Positions 13,465 through 27,595 are shown, counted from the whole stretch's first letter. The stretch is 60,801 nucleotides of DNA, filler included, from Dugesia japonica (GCA_001938525.1; 6 parts of 6 records of this genome joined end to end with filler, not necessarily neighbours in it); one strand, 5' to 3'. Notes: generated by a model not told the origin, from the sequence alone. Numbers and translations are program-made.

Positions 13465-16231
13465 TTGTAATTTATTGAAACTTAAAAATACGATCAATGG
13501 TTAAGTCCAACAGTTATTTTTACAATAACTGTAATTATAAAATAAGAATTAATGTGATTTTTTTTTGTTAATAAATTGATTTTTTTCTAAATAAATGGAT
13601 TTATTTTAACCTTTTTGATTTGAAAAATTTAATCTAAATTGTTTGCTATATAAATTATTGAAACTTTTTTTAAAAGTACATTAATTTAATTACTAATACA
13701 AATATAATTTACATTTAAATTTATTTTAATTGTTTCTAATTAGATTTAATGGTGTGATAAAACAAACAATGGATTTAGATTCACATTAATATTGGATGAT
13801 AATTCTATAAAAAAAACCAGTTTGAAATTAATCTAGAATAATTTAGATTTTTTTTAAATGCTAACTATTGGTTTGGTATGAAAATCAACTTTAAGAATAA
13901 AACGATTAAATTTAATTTCTAANNNNNNNNNNNNNNNNNNNNNNNNNNNNNNNNNNNNNNNNNNNNNNNNNNGATCAATGGTTAAGTCCAACAGTTATTT
14001 TTACAATAACTGTAATTATAAAATAAGAATTAATGTGATTTTTTTTGTTAATAAATTGATTTTTTTCGAAATAAATGGATTTATTTTAACCTTTTTGATT
14101 TGAAAAATTTAATCTAAATTGTTTGAATATAAATTATTGAAACTTTTTTTAAAAGTACATTAATTTAATTACTAATACAAATATAATACATTTACATTTG
14201 TTTTAATTGTTTCTGATTAGAATTTAATGGTGTGATAAAACAAACAATGGATTTAGATTCACATTAATATTGGATGATAATTCTATAAAAAACCAGTTTG
14301 AAATTCATCTAGAATAATTTAGATTTTTTTAAATGCTAACTATTGGTTTGGTATGAAAATCAACTTTAAGAATAAAACNNNNNNNNNNNNNNNNNNNAAA
14401 ACTGAATATTTGTCGTAGAATAATTTGTTTTAATCACAAGATATATAATATGGAATTGCAGCTACCACAAAAATGCAAATAAAAAATTGAAACGATATCA
14501 ATTTAATAAATTAATAATTTTAATTAAATTTTATTATGAAATTATAGTTTACAACAGTGGTTACCAAACGTTTTTGGTTCTTCGGCCCGTAATATATCAA
14601 ATTATTGCTCTATGATTATGTAGAAACTCTGAAACGCCATTTAAATATCAATTTGTCATCTTCAGACATAATAATTTGATTCTTTTTTTAAAATTCTATA
14701 TTAAAATAATATTTATTCCTTTTTTTAATTCTTTAAAAAAAAGCTTATATATATAAAGTTCTGGTTATGTAATCGATTATGCAATCTTTCCAATGAATCA
14801 AATTAATTAAAAACATTCAATAAAGATTTAGAAAGACCAGTTCAAACATTAATTTTTTGATCAATTGATCTAATCATCAATGCTTCACACACTACTCTCA
14901 TCTAATAATCTATAAAGTTTTTTCACAAAATTTTAAAATGATTTAAACTGATAACTGATTTCAAATTTATATTATGTTCTGCAATATTACTTCCACTACC
15001 AATTCGCCGATTTTCTTGAATTCTTGTATAGAGATGACGGGAAGTCTATCCAATGTAGGTGACATTACATCCATTAAATTCATATTTATAAACCAGATCA
15101 GAACACAATTGAATTGGTGTTTTCGACTTATTACTAAACATATTTATGATTTTTTAAGATTGCGAATGTTAAACTTGTAATGCCAAAATATTAAAAGACA
15201 ATAATCCCTTTTGTTTATATTCTTGGACAAGTATTTTGACAGCATATATGTGGGAAGAAAAACAAAGAAAAATTCTTAAGATTATATTCAGATATGGTAA
15301 AATTGAATGTCAGTCATGTGTTAAGTGAAAAATGTTTGCGTTTTAAAATCACAAGGTTCAATTATTTCGAACGAATGGAGTTTTATTTCGGTATCGCTAA
15401 ACGAAAATAATATATATATACTCCATTAAAATCATTGTGTAAGGACATCGTAGAACATATGAAGTTACTTTCACACCTTGATGCAGAGAAAGTTTTTTAC
15501 AAAATTCTGAAAATAAAAAATAGATTAAATATTGAATACGTTATTCAAATTGGGAATTGAATTGTCCGTCTATTAAAATACAAAGAACAAGAGACTATAT
15601 TCAGATGATTTTGGAATTATACTTCTTATATTGTACTCATTGTGTAGAAAATCGTCCAAAAATCAAAGAGAACTGCAAGATTGTGTCACGAAACTATGAG
15701 AAGAAATAAAAGAAATAGAAACGAGATGGGTCGTAAGTTCATTTAAAACAATATCATAAATATCATGTACTCGAATTGTTACTATATTTTCATTTTTCTT
15801 CAACGAAAAAATACAACTATTGTACAGGCTGATAAATTAATTCATCGGAAAATTAAATTTTTTGAAGTCATGAAAGATAAAATGGGGAAATGCTGAAAGC
15901 AAAAAATGCAATTCAAAAGATGATTTTTAAAATCCATAAAATTGTCTGGAAATAAAAGATTTTCAATAGTTCATGCCAATCAATTATTAATTAGTTTAAA
16001 CAATAATATGAAAGAAAGATTATTGAAAGCAATCATTTCACAAAAATTTAACGGTTCAACAAGTATAGTTTCGGATTTAAGAGTTCATAATACCATGCAG
16101 TTCTCTTGCATTTAAAATGGGATTTAATTATATAAACTTAATAATAACAAATACTAGTTTTATAATTATAATTATTGAGAGAATAATTGTTGGACTTAAC
16201 CATTGATCGCATTTGAGATTTCATTAAAATA
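13465..16231. mobile_element. Unclassified ~2.7-kb element bounded by imperfect inverted repeats
   Basis: CGATCAATGGTTAAGTCCAACA at 13491 is inverted as TGTTGGACTTAACCATTGATCG ending at 16209, and the similarity extends outward. The right-end sequence CGCATTTGAGATTTCATTAAAATA recurs at about 37836. Confidence 0.5.
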
Positions 16232-16667
16232 NNNNNNNNNNNNNNNNNNNNNNNNNNNNNNNNNNNNNNNNNNNNTTAATTAATTAANNNNNNNNNNNNN
16301 NNNNNNNNNNNNNNNNNNNNNNNNNNNNNNNAAATGGTCTTAACTTTCTCTTTTAATTGTATGACTCGTTTTTTAAAGTAGTATCAATTTAAATAGAGTT
16401 ATTTTATATTCTGAATATATTCTGTCGTTAAATTGATTTTGATGTTTTTGAAAACTGTTCAAGCAATGACAAGGAAGGTTTACTGTAGTTTTTATTTTAT
16501 CTATTTTTGCTTGTAAAATTTTGTTTTATGCTAAAAAATTCAAAATTATAATAATATTTTAAAATATAAATTTTTTAAAAATAATATAAAACTCAATTAA
16601 TTCGAATGTACTGTTATTTGATATTATTTAATATTTGAATTAATTATTTTAAATTAATTTTCTTTAG

Positions 16668-18034
16668 AATTGCAATTTTGATAAACAAAAATCGTATTCT
16701 TGTCAATTTATAAGCAGTGACAAAGTTTCAATAACAAAAAGCAGTTCCGACAACAAGAATTTTATTATTTTTAATAGTGAAGATCTTTCTAACGGAATTT
16801 GGCATATTTCTTTTGATACGGAATGCGTTGATAATTCAGTAGACTTTACTTATGGTTTTATTTCTAGTCCTAATAATGATTGGCCTACAGGTTATTTTAT
16901 TTATTTTTACTTCCATATTATATATAATAAAAAATTAAATATAAACCAAACATCTTCAATAAAACTACTAAATATTTATATTGGTTCAGTTTTCATTGTA
17001 AATGCTGTATCAGTTAGAGGAAAACTAATTTTACAAAAATATGCTATGAGTAGCTGAGAAATAAGTGACAGTAACCGAAATGACTAAATATCCTAAATTT
17101 GTAAAATTGCTGCATTTCATCATTGTAATAAGTTTGAAAAAAAAATCTCTTTGTATAATATATTGTAATTAGATATGAAATATAAATTACACATTTTAAA
17201 AATCATTGTTGAAATACATAGAATTCTTTAATTTTTCAAAATAAAGTTTTATGTAGGTGTTATTTTAACTTTCTTTTTTAACAGTTTCTACATTAGGATG
17301 GTCATGAATTTAAGTCTCATCACTCTTAATATTAAATACGAGTTTTCGTTCTAAAAATTTTCTTTTACCAACAAAAATACACCAGTTCAAACAATTTGAA
17401 CTAATATACTTTAAATTTTACTATTTTGAAAAATTATTAAAGCTTGATGTTTAATTATGATTATTTATTGTTTATGATCTTTACCAAAATTTATCAATAT
17501 AAATATTTTTTTTTGATGTTAACTGCATAAAAATATTACAAAATTAATTAATTTTATATTTATTAATAAAGATTGATTAATTCATAAACGCGTGTAATAA
17601 TCAAATAAGAATATTCACCGTATTGGGAGTAGTAGTTTGAAGATTGATTTTAGGATTTAATGCCTCATTTCCAGTTCATCCTATATAATAATCTTAGAAC
17701 ATTACATCATCATAAAATCATTTATTAAATTATATATACAGAAATCATTCTTTATATTTTAACCATCATTATATTTCATAACAAATGACTTGATATGTAT
17801 TTTATAGATATTTTGAAATAACTCATCGAAACATGAAAATATTTTATCGTTTTATTATCATATTTTTCTTAGGAAAATTATTAGAAAAATGCATTTGATC
17901 AATTGTTCAAAATTTAATTGTTGAAATTTAATTGCATTACATTTTACTTAACGCATTAAGACAATTTTATCATTAATCTTTAAAGAAAAATATTTCAAAA
18001 TAATTTGCAAATATTCAAGATTTAATAAATGAAA

Positions 18035-18104
<70 letters not shown>

Positions 18105-18173
18105 NNNNNNNNNNNNNNNNNNNNNNNNNNNNNNNNNNNNNNNNNNNNNNNNNNNNNNNNNNNNNNNNNNNNN

Positions 18174-18238
<65 letters not shown>

Positions 18239-21200
18239 TAATAAAATTTGACTAAATATTTCAAGTATATTAACTTGAAGTTTATTATCGTTTAGATCAT
18301 GCCTCAATGAAAAAGTTATTAAAACGAAATTCTTCAATGTCCATGACATATCGATCATCTAGATCTCATCGATTGAGTTGTGTAATAGATATTGACCAAT
18401 CATTCTTATACTTTTCTAATAATAACAATGTAAATGTTATGATTTCATATCATGTTGAATTTTTAGTTTTTAATTGCAGCGTATCCAGACATTTAACAAT
18501 TGCGATAGTACCTACAGATTTTTTATTGCTTCTCTAAAGAATTATCAAAGTTCTTTTCAAGTAATTATGTTGGAACCATTATTAAAAAATTACTTAATAT
18601 TCAGATTCAAATGATTTCTGTAAAACAATTGTGTTTATCAGACTCTAATTCGGACGTTGAATTTTATAATAATTTGTGTATTTGTCCAGATTATTGTGTT
18701 CTTTTGAATGATCTTTATTCTGGATTCAATCAAATATTAACCGCCAGTTCTCAAACCAATCTACAAGAAGTTATTTCGTTGCTGATAGAAAAGTCTAATT
18801 TTCTAAATCAGTTTGACTTGTACTTCGATAAAAATGTAAATATATTTCCTAAGTGACTGTGTTTTCATAAAATCTAAAATTATTTTAGCAATAAATAACT
18901 TATTCATAAGATCAATTAATCAGATCTTAAAATTAGCTAACTTAGTTTACATGTTTTATTATCAATTTGATTAACTTTAAAAATATTCCAGATGTCTACT
19001 TCAGAAATTAGTAGTATTTTAATGTTTGGTCTTTTTTTATTCAATGAATTTACTGTGGATCAAAGATTTTTTCGAGGTGAAATCTGCAATATTTCTACTG
19101 CAGAAAACAGAAAAGAAATTATATGCTCTGGAATGATTTTGAATTTCAAATTTAAAAGCAAAGTTCAATTACATGGTTTAAATTTTGTTGAACAAATTAT
19201 CAAATCTGAAGATGTGATCGCCACTATTTATTGTACAGCGTCGAACAAAACTATATTGTAAGTTAAATACTTTTATGACGACTTCTAAAAATTAAAAATT
19301 ACTCCTAAAATTATATTATTTTAATATATACCTGATATGTATCTATATATTTGTAATTATTTAAATTGAGCCATTTTTGTTTTTTCATATTCTGAAAAGA
19401 TTTCTTTAATTTTTACATTAATGAGCAGAACTCAGACATTTGTTTGATGACTTGTGCAAATGGATTCTCTAAGTTATATACAAATAGTTAATTGTAGTTA
19501 TTGAAGGATGAAATCAACCAAAATAAAATGCTATATACACAAAAATCAATTTTTATGAATAAACAAAGTGATTCGCACGAATATCGTTGGTTCTCTCCGT
19601 CAATGTGAAATGTCAAATCTATGACTTATTCTGATGATCACTGATTGTGAAACATACTGACCTGAAGCTAAAACTCTAAATGAGATCATGAAAATTGTTT
19701 AAAAGAATGGGGATCGGCAGATTTGTATATTTAGAGATCTTAATCACCAACCAAGAAAACAAGTAGGAAAATCAAGTCGAGTTTTGCAATGGATACATAA
19801 TTGAGCACCGGCAAACAAATGTTTATCACGCGTAATGCAACGTCCTAGTCGAGGGACTGCACCATATTCTAAATAATACACTTTGAGCACACAGCGACTC
19901 CCAAACGAATATGGTCCAAAGATTCACTTATAGTGATGCTTGGTCTAATTAATGCAACGGTTATAGGTCAACAACCGTTATCAGCCATAATTAATTAATT
20001 ATGTTAAATGAATATTTGAACGTGGTTCAAGCTCTTTTCTGTTTTAAAATAAACATATAATATATTGATTTGAATCCGAAATCTTATGGCTCATATATTA
20101 AGATGATTATGTAAGTCTTCAAGTGTGAATTTCCATTAATATTGTAAATTCAAAAATAAGAAGTGTAATTAATGTTAAAGTGCAATAAAATAGAAATATC
20201 TAAACATTTAATTAATAATTTTGGTATAATAAACTAATTACTCTCGTAACTTATTTTAAACATAAGTTAACGAATTTAGAAATATACATGATGTGCTGAA
20301 GCATGAGAAGAAGCTAATTTGAACCATTGTTTTCTTTTCAAATGACATCCAATAGTACTTCCGATATTTTCTTAAAAAGATAATTTAATGATTTTAGAGA
20401 TTAAAACAAATACTTTCAAGAAAATGAATTACTGATTTTTTCAAAGTTTTCTAGTCACTGATCTTTTCTTGATTTTAAACGTTTTGTGGTTAGAAACATA
20501 AATACTCCATCATATTGTATTGAATGACTTCCTAATTAAATAGAAACGTAAGATTTAATTCACCGTAGCGATTTTTCCTGAATATAATAATTTCATTCAA
20601 TAATTAATTTAAATATAACAAAAAATATCTTGTAAACATTAAAAATATCTTAGTTACATTAAAAGAAAATATTAGCTTTATTATATAGTTCAGTTAGAAC
20701 CCATTCTTATTACATGTCAAACTGTAATTAGTCGAATTAAATTTATGCCGATTATATTGCTGCGGGCTGATTAGCTATTTCAGACGTGATGTTACACGTT
20801 ATGTGATGATTTAACGTTATAACATTTTAAAACTAAATCGAGGTACCGGAAATTCATTAAAATGTTAACTTTAATGAATAATTTTTTGTTCAACAGCAAA
20901 TTTTATGTTCTTTAAAGTATATTATATCAATGAATTATATCAATCATAGATAAAATTATTTTGTTTTATTTATTTGGATAATCACAGTGAACTCAAAAGT
21001 GGATGAGAATTATTTGAGACATTACATACTTTTTCTATTTTGGCAAGGGAAAATGTAACTAATGCTACTAGAGACATTTGTTCGACATACGGTGATGTTT
21101 TGAAGGTCAACAAATGGAAATATTTTTTTTAAAATTTATTTTAAACCAAAATTTAGATCCGGCTATTTTGACCTTTTTGATGGTCATCGTTCTTGCGGGT

Positions 21201-23099
21201 GTTATTAGTCGAGTTTGATCCTTGTCAAAGCATCTAGGAACTGTAGAAGAAACTTAACACCCAGGAACACCTTAAGAACATTGGAAATGTGTATAGGCAC
21301 GGTAAATCTATTTGTATGATCTCTGTGAAGACAACAAACTGCAATGTTTAACAATTTTCAATGCTTTGTTGACCAGCCAGAAAAATGAACCGTTTTTACA
21401 TCGAATTGTCACTGGTGATGAAAAATAGATTATCTAAGAGAACAAAAACGGAGACTCCAGTGGATCTTTCTAAGACAACTACCGATTACATTACCAAAAA
21501 TTGGATTACATCCAAAGAAGTTCTTTTATGCGTTCGGTATACTTTAGAGTACATTGGAATAATCCATTTTGAGCTGGTGTAACCTGGTCACACTATTACA
21601 GCTGAAGTTTATTGTGAACAATTTGTCCGGTTACATCAGGATTTAACATTAAAACGACCAGCATTGGTAAACCGGAAAGGGGTGATTTTAAAGCAAGATA
21701 ATGCTAGACCTCATTTTGCTAAATGGATCAAGAGAAGATGAAGCAGTTGAGCTTAGAAGTTCTACCCACCCTCCATATTCATCTGACATGGCCTGAAACA
21801 CGTTCTCTGAAACACAAAACATTCAGGAAGATTAATTCTGGTTTAACGACTTTCTTTGCCTCAAAGGGATGATGATTTTTTCAAAAATCGAATTGCCAAG
21901 TTAGATGAAATTTGAGTAACGATTGTTGATAAACATGGAGAATGTATAATTAACTAAAGTGTAATTTGTATTAATAAAAAAACTGTTTTAAAAATTATTG
22001 TGAATAATTAATTATTTACCGGTATATATCATAATAATGGGTATTCTAAATTGTTTACATATATTGGAGAGACTTCTCGTTATCTCTGCACCAGAGTTCA
22101 AGAGCATAGTCGAAATAGTGGTAAAAGTAATATTGTTGAGCATCGGAGAACATGTAGAAAATCAATAGGGTGTTCTGATTTTAAAAATCTCTGTAGTGGA
22201 TTTAATAATTATTGGGAGAAGCTTTGTTGATAAGGGCATTAAATCCTAAAATTAATGTTCAGTTGACGGATTCAACATCGCTCTTAAAATTATTTTATTG
22301 AATTTTTTTATTGAGATTGCACAAATTATATAGTCATTTAAACTTTGAAACATGTGTGTTTTAATATTCTTTAATTGCCTGATGATGACGGTTATTCTGT
22401 CGAAATTGATCACAAATACATATTTTAAAAAATGGTAGTCAATTATAATAAAATTATAATATAATATAATATAATATAATATAATATAATATTTATTTAT
22501 TCATTTATTTATGTGTATATTTCAGAATACCTCTGACACATATTCAAAAAGTATTTGATAATAAAATTACACAGAAATCCGCTTTTATCGTTGCAACTGA
22601 AAGCCATCAAATTACGACTGATTACACAATGGCAATTTTAACGTCCTTCTTTAATGCAATGCCAACCACTTATTTCGATGTGGATATTACCAATTATGAA
22701 GGAGTAATTAAAATATTAGTAAATAATAGTAAACTGTTAATTTTAGATGGAGTGGTCTAATGAACTTTCAGAACGTTGTAAAATAGAATATCATTTCATT
22801 AAATATCATTTTTTTCGACTTGTAATGGAATTTATGGGAACCAGTGCTATTATAAATATATACTTAAAAAGCGATGTGATTACTTTATAATTTTGATAAA
22901 ATAAATATACATTTTTAGAACGAAAAATATTCCAAAATTTTTGAATCATTTTTTTCAAGAATAGCCAATTTAGCAATTAAAACATGTCCTATTAGAAAGA
23001 ATATGAATATATCTAATTTCAATGGAGTTACAGCCAAATTACTTGAAAGTTTCTATCAACTTTATTCTGAAAATGAACTGGGTCTTGTGAAGAAATATG
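16668..23099 (+). CDS. Partial HERC1-like E3 ubiquitin ligase (SPRY domain and following region); exons 16668-16890, 18296-18429, 18480-18560, 18605-18835, 18992-19257, 22526-22703, 22747-22875, 22919-23099
   Basis: All eight exons are AG/GT-bounded and join in phase into ~474 aa with no stop. Collinear blocks resemble HERC1 as I recall it: FDKQKSYSC~FDPEKAQCC, LSNGIWHISF~VTSGCYQWKF, LSCVIDIDQSFLYFSNN~ITCVLDMEARTISFGKN, ICPDYCVLLND~ICSPVAAVLAE, LAIKTCPIRKNMNI~AVMRSPIKRALGL. The exon structure is more certain than the HERC1 identity. Confidence 0.7.
18040..18237. repeat. (AAT)n microsatellite in a HERC1-like intron
   Basis: Pure AAT run on both sides of a gap. Confidence 0.97.
20836..22030 (+). 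mobile_element. Near full-length decayed mariner (cecropia/Hsmar1-like)
   Basis: ENYLRHYILF..NATRDICSTYGD, EPFLHRIVTGDEK, GIIHFELV*PGHTITAEVYCEQ, KRPALVNRKGVILKQDNARPH and HPPYSSDMA. Ends are approximate. Confidence 0.88.
22050..22420 (+). mobile_element. Penelope-like element 3' end (GIY-YIG C-terminus plus 3' region)
   Basis: TYIGETSRYLCTRVQEH...SNIVEH...DFKNL...EALLIRALNPKINVQ...LLKLFY*. Confidence 0.85.
22373..22417 (+). ncRNA. Minimal type I hammerhead ribozyme (Penelope-associated, slightly decayed)
   Basis: CTGATGA at 22379-22385, stem II GACGG/TTATT/CTGTC, GAAA at 22402-22405, TTGA loop, TC cleavage site at 22410-22411 and imperfect stem I AATTGC/ACAAAT. It lies just 3' of a Penelope endonuclease. 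Confidence 0.7.
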
Positions 23100-24474
23100 G
23101 TTAGATAACTATGTGAATAATAATTTTTAATAAATTTTTAAGTCTGAGTTTACTACANNNNNNNNNNNNNNNNNNNNNNNNNNNNNNNNNNNNNNNNNNN
23201 NNNNNNNNNNNNNNNNNNNNNNNNNNNNNNNNNNNNNNNNNNNNNNNNNNNNNNNNNNNNNNNNNNNNNNNNNNNNNNNNNNNNNNNNNNNNNNNNNNTT
23301 ATATTTATTTATTTTTTATATTATATTTTGCTTTATTATTTTTTAGATCAATATTCTTTATTTTGTAATTGATATTGGTACATGAAATTAAAATATTGAT
23401 TTTTACCATTTTACATATATAATTTTGAGATATTGTTTTAAGTTTACATAGTAAATATATACATTTCGCATATTTAAAATTTTAGAATAGCTTTGGAAGA
23501 AATCGATAATTATTTTAGCAATAAACAAAACATGTTTTACTATAAAAACCGATAAAATATAAGCAAATCATTTTTACTTTCTTTTAATTAAATATGATTA
23601 AAGGTATTATTGATTTAAAAATTAAATTTTAGAGAAATAATATGAAAAGTATTAATAGTTTTCACTGATATATTTTCTGTAAATTTGAATATTTACGTTA
23701 AATAATACACAATAAATATTCTCATGGCCGTATAAAGGGACTTTACCCATGTTGATATTTAAAATTATTTGGATAACTTGCATTGTTGCCCCTGAGGTAA
23801 AAATTTATATCTGGTTTTTATAGCGAAATAGAATTTCTCTGCGGACAAGGATTTAAGCAGCAGTAAATTGTGTTAATTATTTCCATAAGAATGAAACAAC
23901 GGAAATGTAGCAATGTTGGAATTGTGTGTACTAAGATTGTGCCAAATATTAAACTACATTTTGATTGTGTTATTTATCTTTTCTAACTGAATTAAAATTA
24001 GATATACAGAATTTAAAAAATGAATGAAATATGAGACAGTAAAATCAAAGTGAGGGTTCATGGACAATTTCTTCAGAAAAAATATTTATGTACTATATGA
24101 AGTTTTAGAAGAATTTTTTTACTTACTGTTTTTTTATTTAATTTTAATTTGGGGTTAAAAATTCTTTGGAAAATGATCCCATAAAAATTTATGGCAATTA
24201 AAATATTTATGACATATGGGTTTTGAGTTTTCATTTACTACCAGGACTTCAAATTCACTTTGAAAGAAGTGAAAATAAATATTTAGAATGCCGAATAAAT
24301 TAATCAAATTAAATTAGGGATTAAATACAATAAAACTTTATTTTAATTAATCGTTAATTGAATAAATCAATTTGACAAAATAATTTGGATGTATAAATGA
24401 AATTCTAGGATATAGAAATTTATTAATGAATATTAATCAACTATTACTTTGATTGCAGAGAAGTAAGAGAAATT

Positions 24475-24659
24475 ATTACATATTCAAAAAGCATTTGATA
24501 ATAAAATTTCACANAAATTCGTTTTTATCATTTCAACGAAAAGCCATCAAATGACGATTGATTACACAGTTGCACTATTAACGTCGTTCTTTAATCCAAT
24601 ACCAACAACTTATTTCGATGTTGATATTACTAATTTTGAAGGATTAATTAAAATATTAG
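24475..24659 (+). pseudogene. Diverged duplicate of HERC1-like exon 22526-22703
   Basis: Reads LHIQKAFDNKISXKFVFIISTKSHQMTIDYTVALLTSFFNPIPTTYFDVDITNFEG versus THIQKVFDNKITQKSAFIVATESHQITTDYTMAILTSFFNAMPTTYFDVDITNYEG. The donor GGA|GT has become GGA|TT at 24644. Confidence 0.8.
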
Positions 24660-25819
24660 GTGACCTAAAAAGTTTCCGCAGTTTTGTCATAGGTTAGTTT
24701 AAGTTTATATTACAGATCATATATNNNNNNNNNNNNNNNNNNNNNNNNNNNNNNNNNNNNNNNNNNNNTTAATTAATTAANNNNNNNNNNNNNNNNNNNN
24801 NNNNNNNNNNNNNNNNNNNNNNNNTGGCTTTTCATTTTTGAAAATCCATACCTTAGACTCTCTTTTAGAGTAAGGAAGGTAGAGACTCAATGGCGTATTG
24901 TCTGTAGTTATTATATTAGTTATTATATTAAATGGAACTTCTTCATCATATACCTTTTAAAACTGATTAATAATTTCCCTTTTGACAGTTGCTTTGATAA
25001 GTAAAAATCGGATCACACTTCAAAATTCAATATTATTGAACATTCTGTTTGAATTATTCTAATTTAATGGCAACAAAAATTAGCATATTTAACCTATAGT
25101 ACATTTCTTATTTATATATAATTATTATTTTACGTGCAAAATCTTATTTAAATATCTTCAATATTTCTGATAGAGTCTAAGAACTTTTTAGCCTTACCAC
25201 GTATGATGGATTATTCTTACATTTTTAAACTTTAATAAAACAACTGTGATAATGAATACAAATTATGGAATGTTAATTATTTTAAAGTTCTCAATTTAAC
25301 TAATATGGCAACGAACGACGATAGAAGTTTGTTTGCAGTTAATTTCATGAATAAAGAAATACGTGGAAATTTATGAAAATAAAGACGTAGCATTGGGATT
25401 TGAAGAAAGATTCAGAAAGGCAATTGATAATGCTTAAAGATATCTAGGTAGATCTAAATTATCGAAGGAATAGAGAGCATGTGAGTATCTNNNNNNNNNN
25501 NNNNNNNNNNNNNNNNNNNNNNNNNNNNNNNNNNTTAACAAAGAAGCCAATAATGAATAGTTGCAATGACAGGAAGATACACCATATAAATTTGGATACG
25601 CTGTGTGTAATTCTGGTTTCATAACATTTAATTGTGTGACATTTAACCATACAGACACATAATCACGCAACATTAAATATGTGAAGGACTACTAAATAAA
25701 ATAAAATTTCACTTGAGGAATATCTATCGACTGTATTTCTTACTAGCTATTTCATTAACTTTTAACTTAACAAAGGAAAAACAATTACTGAGAAATATTA
25801 TGCTGCATAATTAGTCCAC

Positions 25820-26204
25820 TCAAATGAATAAAGTCAATTAACAACGCACTACCTCGCAGGCCGGCTATTGTAATAGCAGAACATCACAAACTACAATTTC
25901 AGCTGCTATCACATAAACCATATTCTCCAGATTTACTTCCGTCTAATTTCTTTATGTTTCCAGATTTAAAAATATGCCTTGAAAATAGAAATTTCAGATC
26001 AAATGCTGAAGTCATTCGTGAAGTTAATGTCAATTTGAATAGTTTGGATAAACAATACTACATAGAAGAAACAAAAACAAATGAGAAATATTGAAATAAA
26101 ATTTATAGGGTTCAATGGGGATTATGTTGAAAAATAAACTTTGCTTTGTGCAAAAATATATATTATTCCTTGTTTATTTTCACGTACTTATTGAACTACC
26201 TTCG
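25820..26204 (+). mobile_element. Mariner 3' fragment with right TIR
   Basis: FQLLSHKPYSPDLLPSNFFMFPDLK...FRSNAEVI...GDYVEK*, followed by TIR-like ACTTATTGAACTACCTTCG. Confidence 0.8.
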
Positions 26205-26989
26205 CAGAAAAACAGTGAGTTTTATTATTTTCACACCGTCAAATAATAATAATAATAATACTATTTCAATAATATATTACTAGTTTCAAAATATTATTAC
26301 AAGTTTTATTATTCTTGAACTTATAGATTTTATAAGTTATTATTTAAAAATATTCTTTTCTTTCTTTTCAATTGGAAAAAATAAATTATACCTTCTATTC
26401 TTTTTATCGTTAATTATGTTTTTAAAGATTTCAATTCCATTTAATTTTTACTATAATTTTGAATTATAATTTCTCTAAAAGCCAATAATTAGCAGTTCAT
26501 CTGTAAGAATGATAAAGGTGATAATTAAATATTTATTACTTTTAAATTTTTCGGTATATTTATAATTATATAATTTTTTTAGTAATTTCTTAAATATTAT
26601 TTAATATAATATTTATTATATTTCGAATTAAATCACACAACATTTCGATTGATAATTAGTGGTCTAATAATTTACTTTTGTAAGATTTTAATATCCACTT
26701 AAATAATTTTAATCTATATTTCACTTTTTAAANNNNNNNNNNNTTTTATTAATTTATTTATTTATATTTTAAATTTTAAGTTTTAAATTTAAACTAATAT
26801 TTAAACAACAAAATAATATAAATTTACAAAAAAACTTCCATAGAATTATTCACAATTTACAATTTTATTTTGTTGAGTTTTATAATTAGAATTATATTTT
26901 TTATATTTTTTGAGTTTAAAAAAATTATAAATTATGAATAGTTTTTTTTTATTTTTGAAATTTAATAAAATAAAACTTTGTTTGATTTA

Positions 26990-27439
26990 AATTGGTTCTC
27001 AAGCATTTTTAGTATTTCTTGCGTGGCGGTCTTATAGAAATAATTTTGTGGCTCGTGGAACATTTCAAAATTGACAATTTAATTTAATTAAGATTAACCA
27101 AAATAAACTTTGGAAATCTTCACGTTTTGTTCCAAATTTTGAGCAAAATCCAAATTTTAGATTAAACCATAGCGTTGAACTTTGTAGTCTGATGAAAAGT
27201 TAAGATTTTAGCAAGAGAAAATCACTATAAAATACATCATACATGAATAAAAAACTAACCTCTTTGTGTAGTTAAACGAAATATCTCGGTCAAGTTGATT
27301 TACGAATGGACTGCAAGGTAAATCATTAAAATAAAATAAATAATTAAAATAAATCGGCAAATTAACTTGGGAAAATAATACCTGTTAAACCGCTTTGAGG
27401 TCACCTATAGGACCGCGGATCCCAGTTTAAGATCTACTG
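26990..27439. mobile_element. Possible decayed hAT (Charlie-type) MITE
   Basis: Left TTGGTTCTCAA and right CAGTTTAAGATCTACTG resemble CAGTGGTTCTCAA-type termini. There is no clean TSD. Confidence 0.35.
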
Positions 27440-27595
27440 TTTTAAATGTTTGTTAGATTTTAAATTTAGAGACCTTACGAAACATGTAATTTTAATATTG
27501 AATTTTTAAATAAGCGTTGGATTTATTTAAAACCTTTGAAAAAATGTTTTGCTGTATTGTATTATAACTTTATAATAAATTTTAATAGTCTATAT

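Noticed and set aside
13492-14378. Apparent tandem duplications (13492-13920 vs 13973-14378; also 29111-29400 vs 29451-29742)
   Set aside because: Near-identical copies directly flank N gaps, typical of unmerged contig overlaps or haplotypes.
17948-18358. Poly-Ile/Tyr/Asn ORFs (also 42263-42804)
   Set aside because: They are translations of AAT microsatellites.
19625-19665. Second hammerhead candidate CTGATGA..GTGAAAC
   Set aside because: Stem II geometry and stems I/III do not fit the core.
19560-19990. Possible LINE endonuclease relic (CIFRDLNH ~ GDFN)
   Set aside because: A single weak motif is not enough to call it.
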